From NCBI GenBank assembly GCA_947627865.1, contig CANQXU010000001.1, positions 14,717-78,716 on the forward strand: a stretch of DNA of 64,000 bases. Direction: 5' to 3'. Positions 19,990 through 29,907 of the stretch are shown here, in pieces. The notes beneath the pieces were generated by a model that was not told where the DNA came from, ran no database searches, and saw nothing but the letters and a program-made list of their open reading frames with translations. The position numbers and the translations under genes were made by a program. Numbering within the stretch: the stretch's first letter is position 1; every line of letters starts with the position of its first letter. Origin of the DNA: an uncultured Paenochrobactrum sp. (GTDB lineage: Bacteria > Pseudomonadota > Alphaproteobacteria > Rhizobiales > Rhizobiaceae).

Positions 19990-20317
19990 CGTTAACATCC
20001 TTTCTTTGGTTAAAGTTACGTTTTGGATGTTCACCTGACTATTTAACGGGTTTCAGCAGGGAACGGATATAAATATACAGATACCGTATTCCTGTTTCAT
20101 CAAAAAAGCCGGACAAAAAAGCCCATTGAACGCTTAAATAAGGTGACATTTTGATGCAAAAATGAAAATAGTAGGATTAAGTCGATAAAAACAGAGGTTA
20201 GTGCGTTTTATGTACTGGGTGAAATGGTGAACAAATCGCATGGATAAACGTTTTGTCACTGGTTTTTCTTGTGTTGTAATGGTCATCGGTAATACAAACT
20301 TCTCTAATGGTGACCCA

Positions 20318-20953
20318 ATGACTATGAAGAAAACGCTATTGGTCAGTTCGCTGGCTTTCTCCCTCGCATTTTCAGCGCAAAGTGCCTCTGCTTTTAAGTT
20401 TGACGACCTCCTTAGTAAGTTGGGTAGTGATAACGCTCAAACCCAGCAAAGTGATCCGCGCACAGAGAAGGGGGCGCAGATCAACAATGAGACAAAAATT
20501 GTCATTGGATTTTCTCCAGAAGGCTCTGCCCAGAAAGCAATCATCAATACTATCCGCCTCGCCAAGACAGAGCTTCGCCTGGCTGCATACTCTTTTACTT
20601 CTCCGGAGATCGTGAAAGAGCTTGTGGCAGCAAAGAAACGCGGTGTAGACGTTAAAATCGTGGTGGATGAAAAGGGCAACAAAAGTAAGCATTCGCTTTC
20701 GGCCATGAACACCGTGCAACTCGCTAAGATCCCAATTCGAACTAATGGTCGCTATGCCATCATGCACGACAAGTTTATAGTGGTAGACAGGAAGACTGTA
20801 GAAACAGGGTCATTCAACTATAGCGCCAGTGCGAATAGCAGGAACAGCGAAAATGCCATTGTATTGTACAACCTACCAGAAGTGGCGGAAGTCTACCTGG
20901 AACACTGGGAACGACGCTGGAGTGATGGAACGGTGCCAGTCATGAACTATTAA
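20318..20953 (+). CDS. Secreted phospholipase D-family endonuclease (Nuc-like)
   Basis: Signal peptide, FSP, AAYSFT, single HDKFIVVD...TGSFNY...NSEN HKD motif. Start approximate. Confidence 0.88.
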   Translation: MTMKKTLLVSSLAFSLAFSAQSASAFKFDDLLSKLGSDNAQTQQSDPRTEKGAQINNETKIVIGFSPEGSAQKAIINTIRLAKTELRLAAYSFTSPEIVKELVAAKKRGVDVKIVVDEKGNKSKHSLSAMNTVQLAKIPIRTNGRYAIMHDKFIVVDRKTVETGSFNYSASANSRNSENAIVLYNLPEVAEVYLEHWERRWSDGTVPVMNY

Positions 20954-20979
20954 GTTTTCCGCTTAATGATGACCGGCGT

Positions 20980-21686
20980 TTACTCCGCCGGCTCATCTAC
21001 AGGCTCCAATCTATTTATATTCACCCAGCCATTTGCATCACCATACGCAACCAATAACCAACCATTATTATCTCCACCAATTGGTTTTGTCGCTCTCATT
21101 CCATTGACCTGAAGAATATCGCCGGGAACCACAAACCAATTATTGTTACGGCATTGCTCTGTCGGAGCTGCGTGAAAATAGGCTCTTCCTTTTCCGATTA
21201 CACGCCATTTTGGTGACTGCGGGATGAAGGCTTCAAGCCGGATAGTGTTCAGAATTTGATGACATTCTTCCTCTTTTCTGAGGCATGACTGTAATCTTTG
21301 GCCTTGAGCAGGACTGAAAGTTAAAGTTTCCTCTGTACTCATCGACTGCAATCGATTTTTTTCAGGTCGTATGAAACCCACCCCAATTGGCCTGCGCCAG
21401 GGGATTCATTGGATGGTTTTTGGCTTTTATCAGAAAGCTGAATCATCAGTTCATCTCCCTCGCGGTTTTCGATGAAAATATCCAGCTTATCTGAAGTGAC
21501 ACGTTCCGATTGAATTAGTGCATGGTTACTACTGGCGATTAACTTAATTAACTCTAGGCGACATTGAAACAAATCCCCCGAATAAGTGGCGGGCATCGTG
21601 CCATCATCATCAATACCATCAATTGCCATTGATGGAAAAGAAACCAAACCCAGACTGAGGTAGATAATCGACGTTATAAAACGCAT
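20980..21686 (-). pseudogene. Secreted protein with SH3-like C-terminus, split by an A7 homopolymer frameshift
   Basis: Adding one A at the T7 run (21356-21362) fuses ORFs 21339..21707 and 20980..21381 into ...GWVSYDLKKNRLQSMS... Confidence 0.55.
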
Positions 21687-21892
21687 ACAAATTCCTTGTT
21701 TGCACACTCACAAAAGTCTGCGTTGATTAATTCATTGTTACTATATTATTCATGGTATTCAACTTTTGAAATAGTCTAATACAGCAATCGTAAGCAATTC
21801 ATCTATTGTCTGATAAAAAGGTGCGTGGTGATAAAGGGGGAGTTAATTGAGTGCGGGAACTAATAGCCACTTAAGTTAAAGTGGCTTTGGAC

Positions 21893-22585
21893 TTATTTTA
21901 AAATGGCATACAGACCGGATTCGTCCGTATCGACAAAGAATGCCTGCCAGAGCTTTCTAGCCAGCGCCGGATTGATGACATTCACCTTTGTGATAGGCAT
22001 GATCCGACTAAGACCCAGCCCCATAAAATGCTCGTAAAGCATGCGAGAGTGCCCACCAAACACGTTCAGCGGCTGGTTTAGAATATACACCACTTCCGCC
22101 ATTGTCAGGCCTTCAACTTGCAATGTATAACCCAGCGCACGAGAACAGATTTCACGCATAACACCACGCTTAACCCGATAGATTTCATCCCCTGGGAAGT
22201 GCTGCGGTAATTCACTGCGGTCACAAGTTACGGGGTCGATGCCGTCAATATAACAGGCTGTATCATACTCTATGCGGTATTGCGGCTCACCTCGTGCATC
22301 GGTGTTTTGTAGGCTACCTACCGGATCAAGAATGGTTCCATCCTCCAACACCAGCCAGCCATATTGCGTATGAGATACAGAGAAAACACCGTGGTCACCC
22401 TCGTTAACAGCGTCTTTATGACGCGTTAGCCGAGTACCTAGCATTGCTTTACCACCGAAGATCCCCCTTTGCAGAAGGGCTCGACACACGAGGTAGGAGT
22501 GTTCGGACGTCCAATGTGCGTGAGGTATATCAATGCAATAGCTCGTTGAAATGAGACGGATCCCGTCGATAAGTGGGCTTATCAT
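21893..22585 (-). CDS. Hypothetical protein
   Basis: ATG 22585 with GGAG RBS avoids overlap with the upstream gene. Confidence 0.7.
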   Translation of the reverse strand: MISPLIDGIRLISTSYCIDIPHAHWTSEHSYLVCRALLQRGIFGGKAMLGTRLTRHKDAVNEGDHGVFSVSHTQYGWLVLEDGTILDPVGSLQNTDARGEPQYRIEYDTACYIDGIDPVTCDRSELPQHFPGDEIYRVKRGVMREICSRALGYTLQVEGLTMAEVVYILNQPLNVFGGHSRMLYEHFMGLGLSRIMPITKVNVINPALARKLWQAFFVDTDESGLYAILK

Positions 22586-22634
22586 ATTCGCTCCGATAAA
22601 AAGGCGTATCAAGGATACGCCTGTCCCATTGGTC

Positions 22635-23783
22635 TTATTTTTTTGCTTTCGGTTTTGCTTTTTGCTCTGGCTCCACCGTGGTGTAACGAAGGGAGTCTGT
22701 TCTTTGGCTCGGATCACCCACCCCTTGCAGAATAAGCGAGTATGTCCGTTTACCAGCAACGATAAATAGGTCTGTTGCTTGCGACCAAGCCGCTTTATTG
22801 TCACTACGCTGAACGCGAAGGATACCGCCTGGGAGCAGTTTTAATTGCCAGCCTTTTTCGTCAGACAAATAGGCGCTGATGTCCTCGCCTTTATCCGTAG
22901 GCAGAAGGAAAATTTTCGCTGCAAAGGTACTGTAGAGGTAAATCGTATCCTGTTGTTGGGCTTTGTACTCAACCTTTAGCGCTGAACCGGTGTAGTTCAG
23001 ATCTGAACCTGTCATCGTTAAGGTTTGAGTGAATTGATTGGTGGCAGGGAGCTCAACACGCTCCATACGGATCGGCTCAGGCTCAGGAAGAGCCGAACGT
23101 GTTGGCTCAACAACTTCTGGCTTAGGTGCGGTAGCCACCAGGATCGGTTCATGAGCAACTTTTGCCGACTCAATCATCGGCGCAGCATTTACATCCGCAG
23201 CTTGGGATGGGGCAGATTCGACCACAGGAGTTTCATTTTCGGTGATACCGAACTTGGCAGGATCGTATTCACGGGCACTTTCAGCCGACTCAGGTGCTGA
23301 CTGAACACTCTTAACGACTTCTTCAGCTGGCATAACTTCCGCTGTTGGCGCTTTCGAAGGTTTTGTTTCAACGACAACCGGCGCGTGAGTTTCTGGCGCA
23401 CTGTCTTTCTTCAGTTGAGCAATTTCCAGCACAGGAGCCGCTGGCGCTTTATCAGCTTCTGCTGCGACTTCATTCGTACCAGATACCAAAGGTTCAGTGG
23501 ATTGAGTGCTGCTATTTTCAATATCCGCCTTGACACTATCCGTCAGTGCGACACCGTTGTTACTGATTTCAACTGATAGTGCTTCGACCTTTTCAGCCGG
23601 AGTTTTATCGCTCGTTAAAATAACAGCTGCCATCGCACCCCCTGCGATAACTGCCGCGACGATCACTGAAAGTATCGTTTTCTTCGACGCTTTCTTGGTT
23701 GGTTCTGGCGTGCCCGCTTCCGCAGAGCGTTCACGTAATAATTCCTGACCGTATTCTGCGCCAGTGCCGCGTTTGTCAGTCAT
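22635..23783 (-). CDS. TM-anchored Pro/Ala/Glu-rich stalk protein with C-terminal VirB9/TrbG-like domain
   Basis: GAGGGG RBS before ATG 23783, one TM, low-complexity linker, GEDI...W...ATDLFIVAGKRTYSLIL. Confidence 0.65.
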   Translation of the reverse strand: MTDKRGTGAEYGQELLRERSAEAGTPEPTKKASKKTILSVIVAAVIAGGAMAAVILTSDKTPAEKVEALSVEISNNGVALTDSVKADIENSSTQSTEPLVSGTNEVAAEADKAPAAPVLEIAQLKKDSAPETHAPVVVETKPSKAPTAEVMPAEEVVKSVQSAPESAESAREYDPAKFGITENETPVVESAPSQAADVNAAPMIESAKVAHEPILVATAPKPEVVEPTRSALPEPEPIRMERVELPATNQFTQTLTMTGSDLNYTGSALKVEYKAQQQDTIYLYSTFAAKIFLLPTDKGEDISAYLSDEKGWQLKLLPGGILRVQRSDNKAAWSQATDLFIVAGKRTYSLILQGVGDPSQRTDSLRYTTVEPEQKAKPKAKK

Positions 23784-24073
23784 CTGTTTCCCCTCGAATT
23801 CATTCATGCACATTACCGATATCCGCAACGTTCGTTATGTTTACCCGTCGCAGTTCAGCCTCTTAAACCAGCCCCGCATAACGGAGCCATGACTAACGAT
23901 GTTACCCTCATCGCTAGATTGGATTGCCTGGTGATTATAGCGACATTGTTTCCGCCATCGAAATTTCGAAGGGCGAAAAGGCCAACGTTTTGCTCTCCTT
24001 TTTTGGATGAGAAGTCAAGATGAAAAAAGAACGCCGATTAACGGCGCTCTTGGAAGACTGGAGTAAGGGAGCA

Positions 24074-25144
24074 TTAAAGTTCGCGTGTACCGCGACAATC
24101 TGGGTACAGCGAACAACCGAAAAAGGCTGACTTACCTGATTTACGCAGAACCATCTTTCCACCGCATACTGGGCACAGCGGCTCTTTAGCATCTATGGAC
24201 TGCGTGGCTGCGGACGGTTTAGGGTCTTCTTGCTCAAGGTCACCGTTGCCCTTGATCATCTCAATCAGCTGAGAACCATCAAGTAAAATTACTTTCCCTT
24301 TCACGTTTTCACGCAGAGCAAACTTCCACGCCTCATCGGTGAACAGGCCTGATGTGATAATGAACCCACGATGAAAACCATCTGCCAGTACCACACCGTA
24401 GATCTCACGAACGATTGCCACACCAACGCGGTTGGTCTTCCAATGTTTACACTGAACTATCTCCCGATGACCGAAACCTTGCAATTCCACATCCACCCCC
24501 CCATCAGCACCTGCTTTGCTGACACGAGCGCGATAGCCTCTGGTTTCGAAGAACTTGCAAATCACTTTCTCGAACTGATCCCACGTCATTCGATCCAATA
24601 CCTGACGCGCATTAACGACGCCTTTCAACTTGCCCAGTGCACGACCTGAAGCTGATAGCTGAAGATACTTAACAGCCGTTCCGACCAAGAAGCACAACGC
24701 GGTGTAAAACAGGAATGCGCCAACCAACAACGGTAGCTTGGCTTGCAACAGATTCATCACTGAGATCATCTTGTCTTCGACTTTCTCACCAGGAGGGAAT
24801 AGAACTTCCACCATCGCTTGGCTAATAGCCCCTTGGTAGCCATACGCATAAAGAAGCATGGCGATAGCCGCGAGGGGGAGCCCCACATAGGCACGAAATA
24901 ACAATGTGGCTTGAGGGGCGTTTAGGGTGCGCCAGTTTTCTTTTTTGAACCAGATTCCGACAACGACTCGCCCAGAAAGCGTGAAGAGCAGGAAAATAGA
25001 CAACGTTAGCAGCAAGGAAATCAGCTGAATTTTGGTGTTACCCACAAACATCGTATTGAGCACAATAATCAGGCCCGAAACGCCATAGAAGCGGATCCTC
25101 ATTGCCTTTTCGGGTGTAACCTGACGTTTCTTTCCTTTCGACAT
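24074..25144 (-). CDS. Membrane-anchored Mrr-like endonuclease with topoisomerase-type Zn ribbon
   Basis: About four TMs, FEKVI...ADGGVD...VQCKHW Mrr catalytic motif, CPVCG...FFGCSLYPDC. Confidence 0.85.
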   Translation of the reverse strand: MSKGKKRQVTPEKAMRIRFYGVSGLIIVLNTMFVGNTKIQLISLLLTLSIFLLFTLSGRVVVGIWFKKENWRTLNAPQATLLFRAYVGLPLAAIAMLLYAYGYQGAISQAMVEVLFPPGEKVEDKMISVMNLLQAKLPLLVGAFLFYTALCFLVGTAVKYLQLSASGRALGKLKGVVNARQVLDRMTWDQFEKVICKFFETRGYRARVSKAGADGGVDVELQGFGHREIVQCKHWKTNRVGVAIVREIYGVVLADGFHRGFIITSGLFTDEAWKFALRENVKGKVILLDGSQLIEMIKGNGDLEQEDPKPSAATQSIDAKEPLCPVCGGKMVLRKSGKSAFFGCSLYPDCRGTREL

Positions 25145-25156
25145 TTACTGCACCTA

Positions 25157-25525
25157 TTAGCGTTTTTTAGGCCAAGTTCGGCGAGCCTTTACTCTCACCG
25201 AAAGTTCATTAGAGTTTAGGATCACGATGTCGTAGACGGCAATTAGACCCACAATGGATGGCGTGCCGTAAACTATAATTTCCGGGATGAGGGGGATGTA
25301 TGGCGAAATCACTGCATAGTAAACCACCAGCGATAAGGTATACGCTGCCCAGATGTAGTAAATCTCTTTCCGGGCCAACAAAAAAATAACTGCGCAAAAG
25401 AGCGCAAAGTTCCCGACACCAATGATGTGGAATAGCTCGGTCTCATTTTTGCTGGCATAAACTGCCAGGGCATAAACACCGGCTATCATAAACATCAAAA
25501 CATAGTTCACGACTCGCAAAACCAT
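25157..25525 (-). CDS. Membrane hypothetical protein
   Basis: Four hydrophobic segments, GAGG RBS. Confidence 0.7.
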   Translation of the reverse strand: MVLRVVNYVLMFMIAGVYALAVYASKNETELFHIIGVGNFALFCAVIFLLARKEIYYIWAAYTLSLVVYYAVISPYIPLIPEIIVYGTPSIVGLIAVYDIVILNSNELSVRVKARRTWPKKR

Positions 25526-25545
25526 ATAAACCTCAATAAACTGGA

Positions 25546-25971
25546 TCAGTCATTTGAATATCCCGAGTTTATCATTGGAGTATCCGCTGATGAAATTGCC
25601 CCGACAGAGCCGTCTGGTACGTAACCGGCCATTGCACTTTGGTTATCACAGGCTATTTGATTGGGCATCCAAAAATCTCCGTTTGTTGCTTCGACAAACC
25701 GAAAGACCATTTGGCAGGGGACGCTTTGCACAGACGCGATAATCATGGTCTGGTTGCTCCCCTCAATGAATCGCGCGCTATCATACTGAGCCTCCTCAGC
25801 AAGCCCTTCGTTAAATAAGACTTGTAGCGCATCCGGCTCCGCTGTCGCCTTCATAGTCAGTACCGACTGTTGCGTTGGTGCTGACTGGGGTGTCACAGGC
25901 ATCTGCTTTCCCAGCTCGACGTTAGCGCACCCCCCAAGGGCCAGAATTAACACGAGTGGCAGGTATTTCAT
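25546..25971 (-). CDS. Putative lipoprotein
   Basis: Lipobox LALGG-C. Confidence 0.72.
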   Translation of the reverse strand: MKYLPLVLILALGGCANVELGKQMPVTPQSAPTQQSVLTMKATAEPDALQVLFNEGLAEEAQYDSARFIEGSNQTMIIASVQSVPCQMVFRFVEATNGDFWMPNQIACDNQSAMAGYVPDGSVGAISSADTPMINSGYSND

Positions 25972-25974
25972 TGT

Positions 25975-26610
25975 TTACTCCTTATTAACGATGGAATTAT
26001 GGTAATTGAAAAGGTGGATCACTTGCTGAGCGGTAATGTCCACCCAGCCTTCAGGCATATTCGGCAGTTCATAGGTCATGGTGCCATCACGGGTATTCAC
26101 AGGAACGGAGCAGACGAGAGAAAAGTTGCCTTTTTCGTCAGATATTGCCCATACCTGGGAGAAGCCCACTACAGCGCCAGCAGTAACGCGATAATCTATA
26201 CCCAACATCATGCAGATAGCCCGCTGATACCCCACTGCGCCTGGCTCCCCATATAGCTTGATGTCCACGCCTAATGTAGACAAAGCACTCTCGGCCAGTT
26301 GCATGAGCTCGCGGGAAATTGCCTCACCTACGGGGTTGTCATTCCGCAGTGCATAAGGGATATGCTCGGGCTCAGCCAAAAGGGAATCATCATCCACCAG
26401 CTTGAAGCCCGTGACTTTCTGGATATGCTCATACCGGGAGCGAAAAAAATAATCTGGAACGCAGAAGTCCGGCCCTGAAAAGTTGACGAAGCCAAGACGC
26501 TCACAGACCGACAACGTCTGAGAGTGCCATACGTTATAGGTATCCACGCAGCGCGCGAATTCGGCCACCACCTCTGGCAACCGAGTCTGGTAGAAGGCAT
26601 CAATCATCAT
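25975..26610 (-). CDS. Hypothetical protein
   Basis: Translationally coupled within the operon. Confidence 0.7.
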   Translation of the reverse strand: MMIDAFYQTRLPEVVAEFARCVDTYNVWHSQTLSVCERLGFVNFSGPDFCVPDYFFRSRYEHIQKVTGFKLVDDDSLLAEPEHIPYALRNDNPVGEAISRELMQLAESALSTLGVDIKLYGEPGAVGYQRAICMMLGIDYRVTAGAVVGFSQVWAISDEKGNFSLVCSVPVNTRDGTMTYELPNMPEGWVDITAQQVIHLFNYHNSIVNKE

Positions 26611-27344
26611 TTATGAGCACCGTTCGCACCCTGACGAATCACAGCCATTTGAGCATCCAGCGCATCGTAGCTGTTGAACGGATTGAAATTGAAGAGCGTG
26701 TGAGTGACACGGGCATCAATGCGGTCAACTGGAACCAATCCTCGCAATGGCTTTGGTGTGCCAGGTGGATTCTCCCAGTAGCGGCTATCCCATGAGTGAT
26801 CACGATTATCCCCGGCCATAAAATAATAGCCTTCGGGAATAACCCAGTGACCTTTCGTTGGCACATAGGCAGCGCGCGTGTCGATCACAAAGTTGTACGA
26901 CTTACCGAAACGTTCATCGTTGGCCGTGAAGACTTGGAAACCTTCTTTTTCTACGGTTTGCTTGCCCAGCACCTTGCCGTTGACCCGATAGGTTTTACCT
27001 GTGTCAAATTCAATCACATCACCGGGAATGCCGATGACCCGCTTGGTATAGAGCGTGCGGGGCACTGAAGGAGCCTTGAACACAGCGACATCACCGCGCA
27101 TTAACCTGCCATCATCCAGCAATCCACCCAACCTGACCGCTGTGACATAGTCGCCGACTTGATAGGTGGGCTGCATAGACCCCGTAGGAACGCTGTAGAC
27201 TGCGCCTACCCACTTCTCACTGACAAATAATGTAACCGACAAGCCAAGGGCGATCACAAGCCAGGGCTGAGGTTTTCGGTGTTTGATGGCATCTCGACCC
27301 AATACTGCGACCAGCACGATAAATAAAATACCGAGGCCATTCAT
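26607..27344 (-). CDS. S26 signal peptidase I (TrhF/TraF-like)
   Basis: PTGSMQPT, RGDVAVF, TKRVIGIPGD, GDNRDHSWDSRY. Confidence 0.9.
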   Translation of the reverse strand: MNGLGILFIVLVAVLGRDAIKHRKPQPWLVIALGLSVTLFVSEKWVGAVYSVPTGSMQPTYQVGDYVTAVRLGGLLDDGRLMRGDVAVFKAPSVPRTLYTKRVIGIPGDVIEFDTGKTYRVNGKVLGKQTVEKEGFQVFTANDERFGKSYNFVIDTRAAYVPTKGHWVIPEGYYFMAGDNRDHSWDSRYWENPPGTPKPLRGLVPVDRIDARVTHTLFNFNPFNSYDALDAQMAVIRQGANGAHK

Positions 27345-27760
27345 GAACGCGCCTCCTTCAGAGATCGAGCATAACGCGTCAGTGAATCAGCCAGGCGCAT
27401 GTAGATGGACAACAGGTAGAAGTGATACGCGCCACCTCGCGCCATTTTGACGGTAAGTGGATGTTCGATTTCTTCACCACCATGCATGATCATGAGGGAT
27501 AAGTTAACGAACGGGTCATCACGACCAATGCGAACACGGGTAACCTGGTACGTTTTGACAGGCAGGTAATAACTCCGATACCCGATCACCGCAAACGCCA
27601 ATAAGAAGAGTGCCAGCAACCCAGCCGGAGCAAGCCAGGTTAGATTTACCGACAGACTGAACCAAAAGGCTACCGACACGGCACCATCAGCCAGTAGTGT
27701 GAATAGACGGTTGAGCCGTAAGCGGCCAGTCAAGATCATCATTGGTACAAATCGGAACAT
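27341..27760 (-). CDS. Membrane hypothetical protein
   Basis: GGGGGA RBS, two TMs, first gene of the operon. Confidence 0.68.
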   Translation of the reverse strand: MFRFVPMMILTGRLRLNRLFTLLADGAVSVAFWFSLSVNLTWLAPAGLLALFLLAFAVIGYRSYYLPVKTYQVTRVRIGRDDPFVNLSLMIMHGGEEIEHPLTVKMARGGAYHFYLLSIYMRLADSLTRYARSLKEARS

Positions 27761-27945
27761 AGCTTCCCCCTGTTTGTGGATGCAGACAGGATACCTAACA
27801 CCTTACCGACGACTGAGTTTTTTCATCGACAAAACGGAGACAAAAACAGTTTTATTTTTTCGGGTAAAAATCGACCTCATTTTCTTTGTCAGCAGAATAG
27901 CCGTGATAGCGTGGAGGTAGATTCTATTGATACGTAGGAGTGCGC

Positions 27946-28731
27946 ATGTCCACCAGCTTGATTGCCCGGCAATTACCCGAGTTTGTGAATGACGCGATAG
28001 GGGTTGTCAGCTTCGGTCCTAAATTACTGTCCCACACCGATGACATCCTTGATTTCAACGGCCACAAGATGACGCTGGAAGAAGCCATGAAAGCGGGCGC
28101 TGAGGACACGAAGATCAGCGAGTCAACTTCACAGCTGGTGAGGCACCTTGAGGCCTGTGACCCTAACATGTATTTCAAGCACAAGACGGGCTTCCTGTCG
28201 AGAATTTGGGATGCCCTGACGGGTTCAAATGAAACACGCATGATTGAGTTCACCATGAACTGCCGTCGTGTTGATCGGCTGGTGGTGCAGGCACCCTTGG
28301 TACTGGAGCAGGCGCACAAAGGTGTGCATATTTTACTGGCGCTTGAGCAAATCTACACGCGTGACATCGAAGCGTTGGACGCTTACATCAAAGAAGGTCG
28401 GGCGTATGTGACCGAATGCCGTGAAAGTGGGGAGGTGCTATCAGATCAGCAGGAGTACGGGCTGACCCGGTTAGCCCAACGCATCCTTAACTTGGAGGTC
28501 ACTAAAGCCTCGTCAGAGATGAATAAGGTTCAGGTGGGGATGTTGCTGCACTCTGCCGCAACTGATGTAGACCTTCTGGAAGCGGTGGTGAAAAGCGCGA
28601 TTCCAATCTGGCATCACCAAATAAAACAGCTGCGAAGTGGCGCGGCCAACATTGATTTGGATCCTGAAGTCGAACAGCGTTTCAGAATACTGGTAAATAA
28701 ACTCAACGATAACGTTAAAAAGGATAGCTGA
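27946..28731 (+). CDS. KlaA-like (TelA superfamily) helical protein
   Basis: Helical, AIPIWHHQI motif, AGGAG RBS, size and order match the RK2 kilA operon. Confidence 0.6.
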   Translation: MSTSLIARQLPEFVNDAIGVVSFGPKLLSHTDDILDFNGHKMTLEEAMKAGAEDTKISESTSQLVRHLEACDPNMYFKHKTGFLSRIWDALTGSNETRMIEFTMNCRRVDRLVVQAPLVLEQAHKGVHILLALEQIYTRDIEALDAYIKEGRAYVTECRESGEVLSDQQEYGLTRLAQRILNLEVTKASSEMNKVQVGMLLHSAATDVDLLEAVVKSAIPIWHHQIKQLRSGAANIDLDPEVEQRFRILVNKLNDNVKKDS

Positions 28732-28732
28732 T

Positions 28733-29842
28733 ATGAGCAATACAATTACTGTCACCGCTGACCAAATCATTCTGACCAAAGAAACCGAGAAGTTTGCCGT
28801 CAGTCCTGACCAACGTGATCAGGTCGTTGCCGTAGCTAACTCACTCGTGCTGGGCGACCCCAAAAGCGCGCACAACTTTGGCCGCAGTAAATCGCCCGAT
28901 GGTGCCTATCTGGACAAACTGTTGGAAAACGTTCACGTCTATAACCAAGGCAAGGACGGCAAGCGACTGAATGAAATCGTTGAACTTGCTCGCGACATCA
29001 GTACGTCTGTACAGCCAGGCAAGGTGCAGCAGCTGTTACTTAAAATCCCCGTTGTCGGTTACTACGCGACACGCGCACTTCGACTGGCTCATCGGTCGAA
29101 TGACCGTTTTGACAACGTGAAGAATCAAGTCAGCTTATTGACGGAAGATATCACCAGCATCTCGGCAGATCTCATTGGTCACAACAATAACCTCGACATT
29201 TTGTATGAGGAAGTGCTGGCCGAGGTACATGAGTCGGGCATTAACATCGTGGCCGCTGGTTTCGCAACAGAGCATATTGAGTCTGTGCTGAAACAGCGCC
29301 GCAAGACATTGAAGAGCGATCCGGAAAATAATTTGCTGGCACTGGAAGTCAGCAACATCGACCACCAGCTGGCCGTACTGAAAAAACGCAAAGTAGACAT
29401 CATCATGACGCAGCAGAAATGCTTTGAGGATTTGACCATGATCCGCATGATGCAGCGAAACAACCTCAATATGCTTGACCAGTTTGAAACTATAAAGCGC
29501 GTAACGCTCCCGTCTGCCAAGCGTGCCCACTTGCTGGTGGATCAGGCTACCCAAAGCAACAACCGCTCTAAGCTGGTGCAGGCCGTGGGTGATGTCGTGA
29601 ATGCCCAGGCGAGACATCAGGCGGATTTGGTGAGTGAGAGCTCTATCCGTATTGCGCGGCAAGGCCATCGTCCTGTGTACGACGAGTCAACACTGGAACA
29701 CATTTCGAATACAATCGGCGGAGCAGCGCGTGAGATTAAACGGATCCAACACGAGAGCGAAGGGCACTACGCTCGCCTGTCCGAACGTACAGAAATCTGG
29801 CAGAAGCAGCGCTGTGAACTGCTATTGGAGCTGGCGGATTAA
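28733..29842 (+). CDS. KlaB/TelA toxic anion resistance family protein
   Basis: AHNFG, LLKIPVVG, RFDNVKNQV, IRMMQRNNLNML...TLP motifs. Confidence 0.75.
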   Translation: MSNTITVTADQIILTKETEKFAVSPDQRDQVVAVANSLVLGDPKSAHNFGRSKSPDGAYLDKLLENVHVYNQGKDGKRLNEIVELARDISTSVQPGKVQQLLLKIPVVGYYATRALRLAHRSNDRFDNVKNQVSLLTEDITSISADLIGHNNNLDILYEEVLAEVHESGINIVAAGFATEHIESVLKQRRKTLKSDPENNLLALEVSNIDHQLAVLKKRKVDIIMTQQKCFEDLTMIRMMQRNNLNMLDQFETIKRVTLPSAKRAHLLVDQATQSNNRSKLVQAVGDVVNAQARHQADLVSESSIRIARQGHRPVYDESTLEHISNTIGGAAREIKRIQHESEGHYARLSERTEIWQKQRCELLLELAD

Positions 29843-29907
29843 TTACTCAGTTTCACAGGCCGGGTTATCCGGCCATCTGATTTTTACGCCAGCTTACCGG
29901 AGGGGTA

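Noticed and set aside
20065-20080. LexA-like sequence upstream of traA (CTGTATATTTATATCC on the minus strand)
   Set aside because: Only one half-site; the distal CAG is missing.
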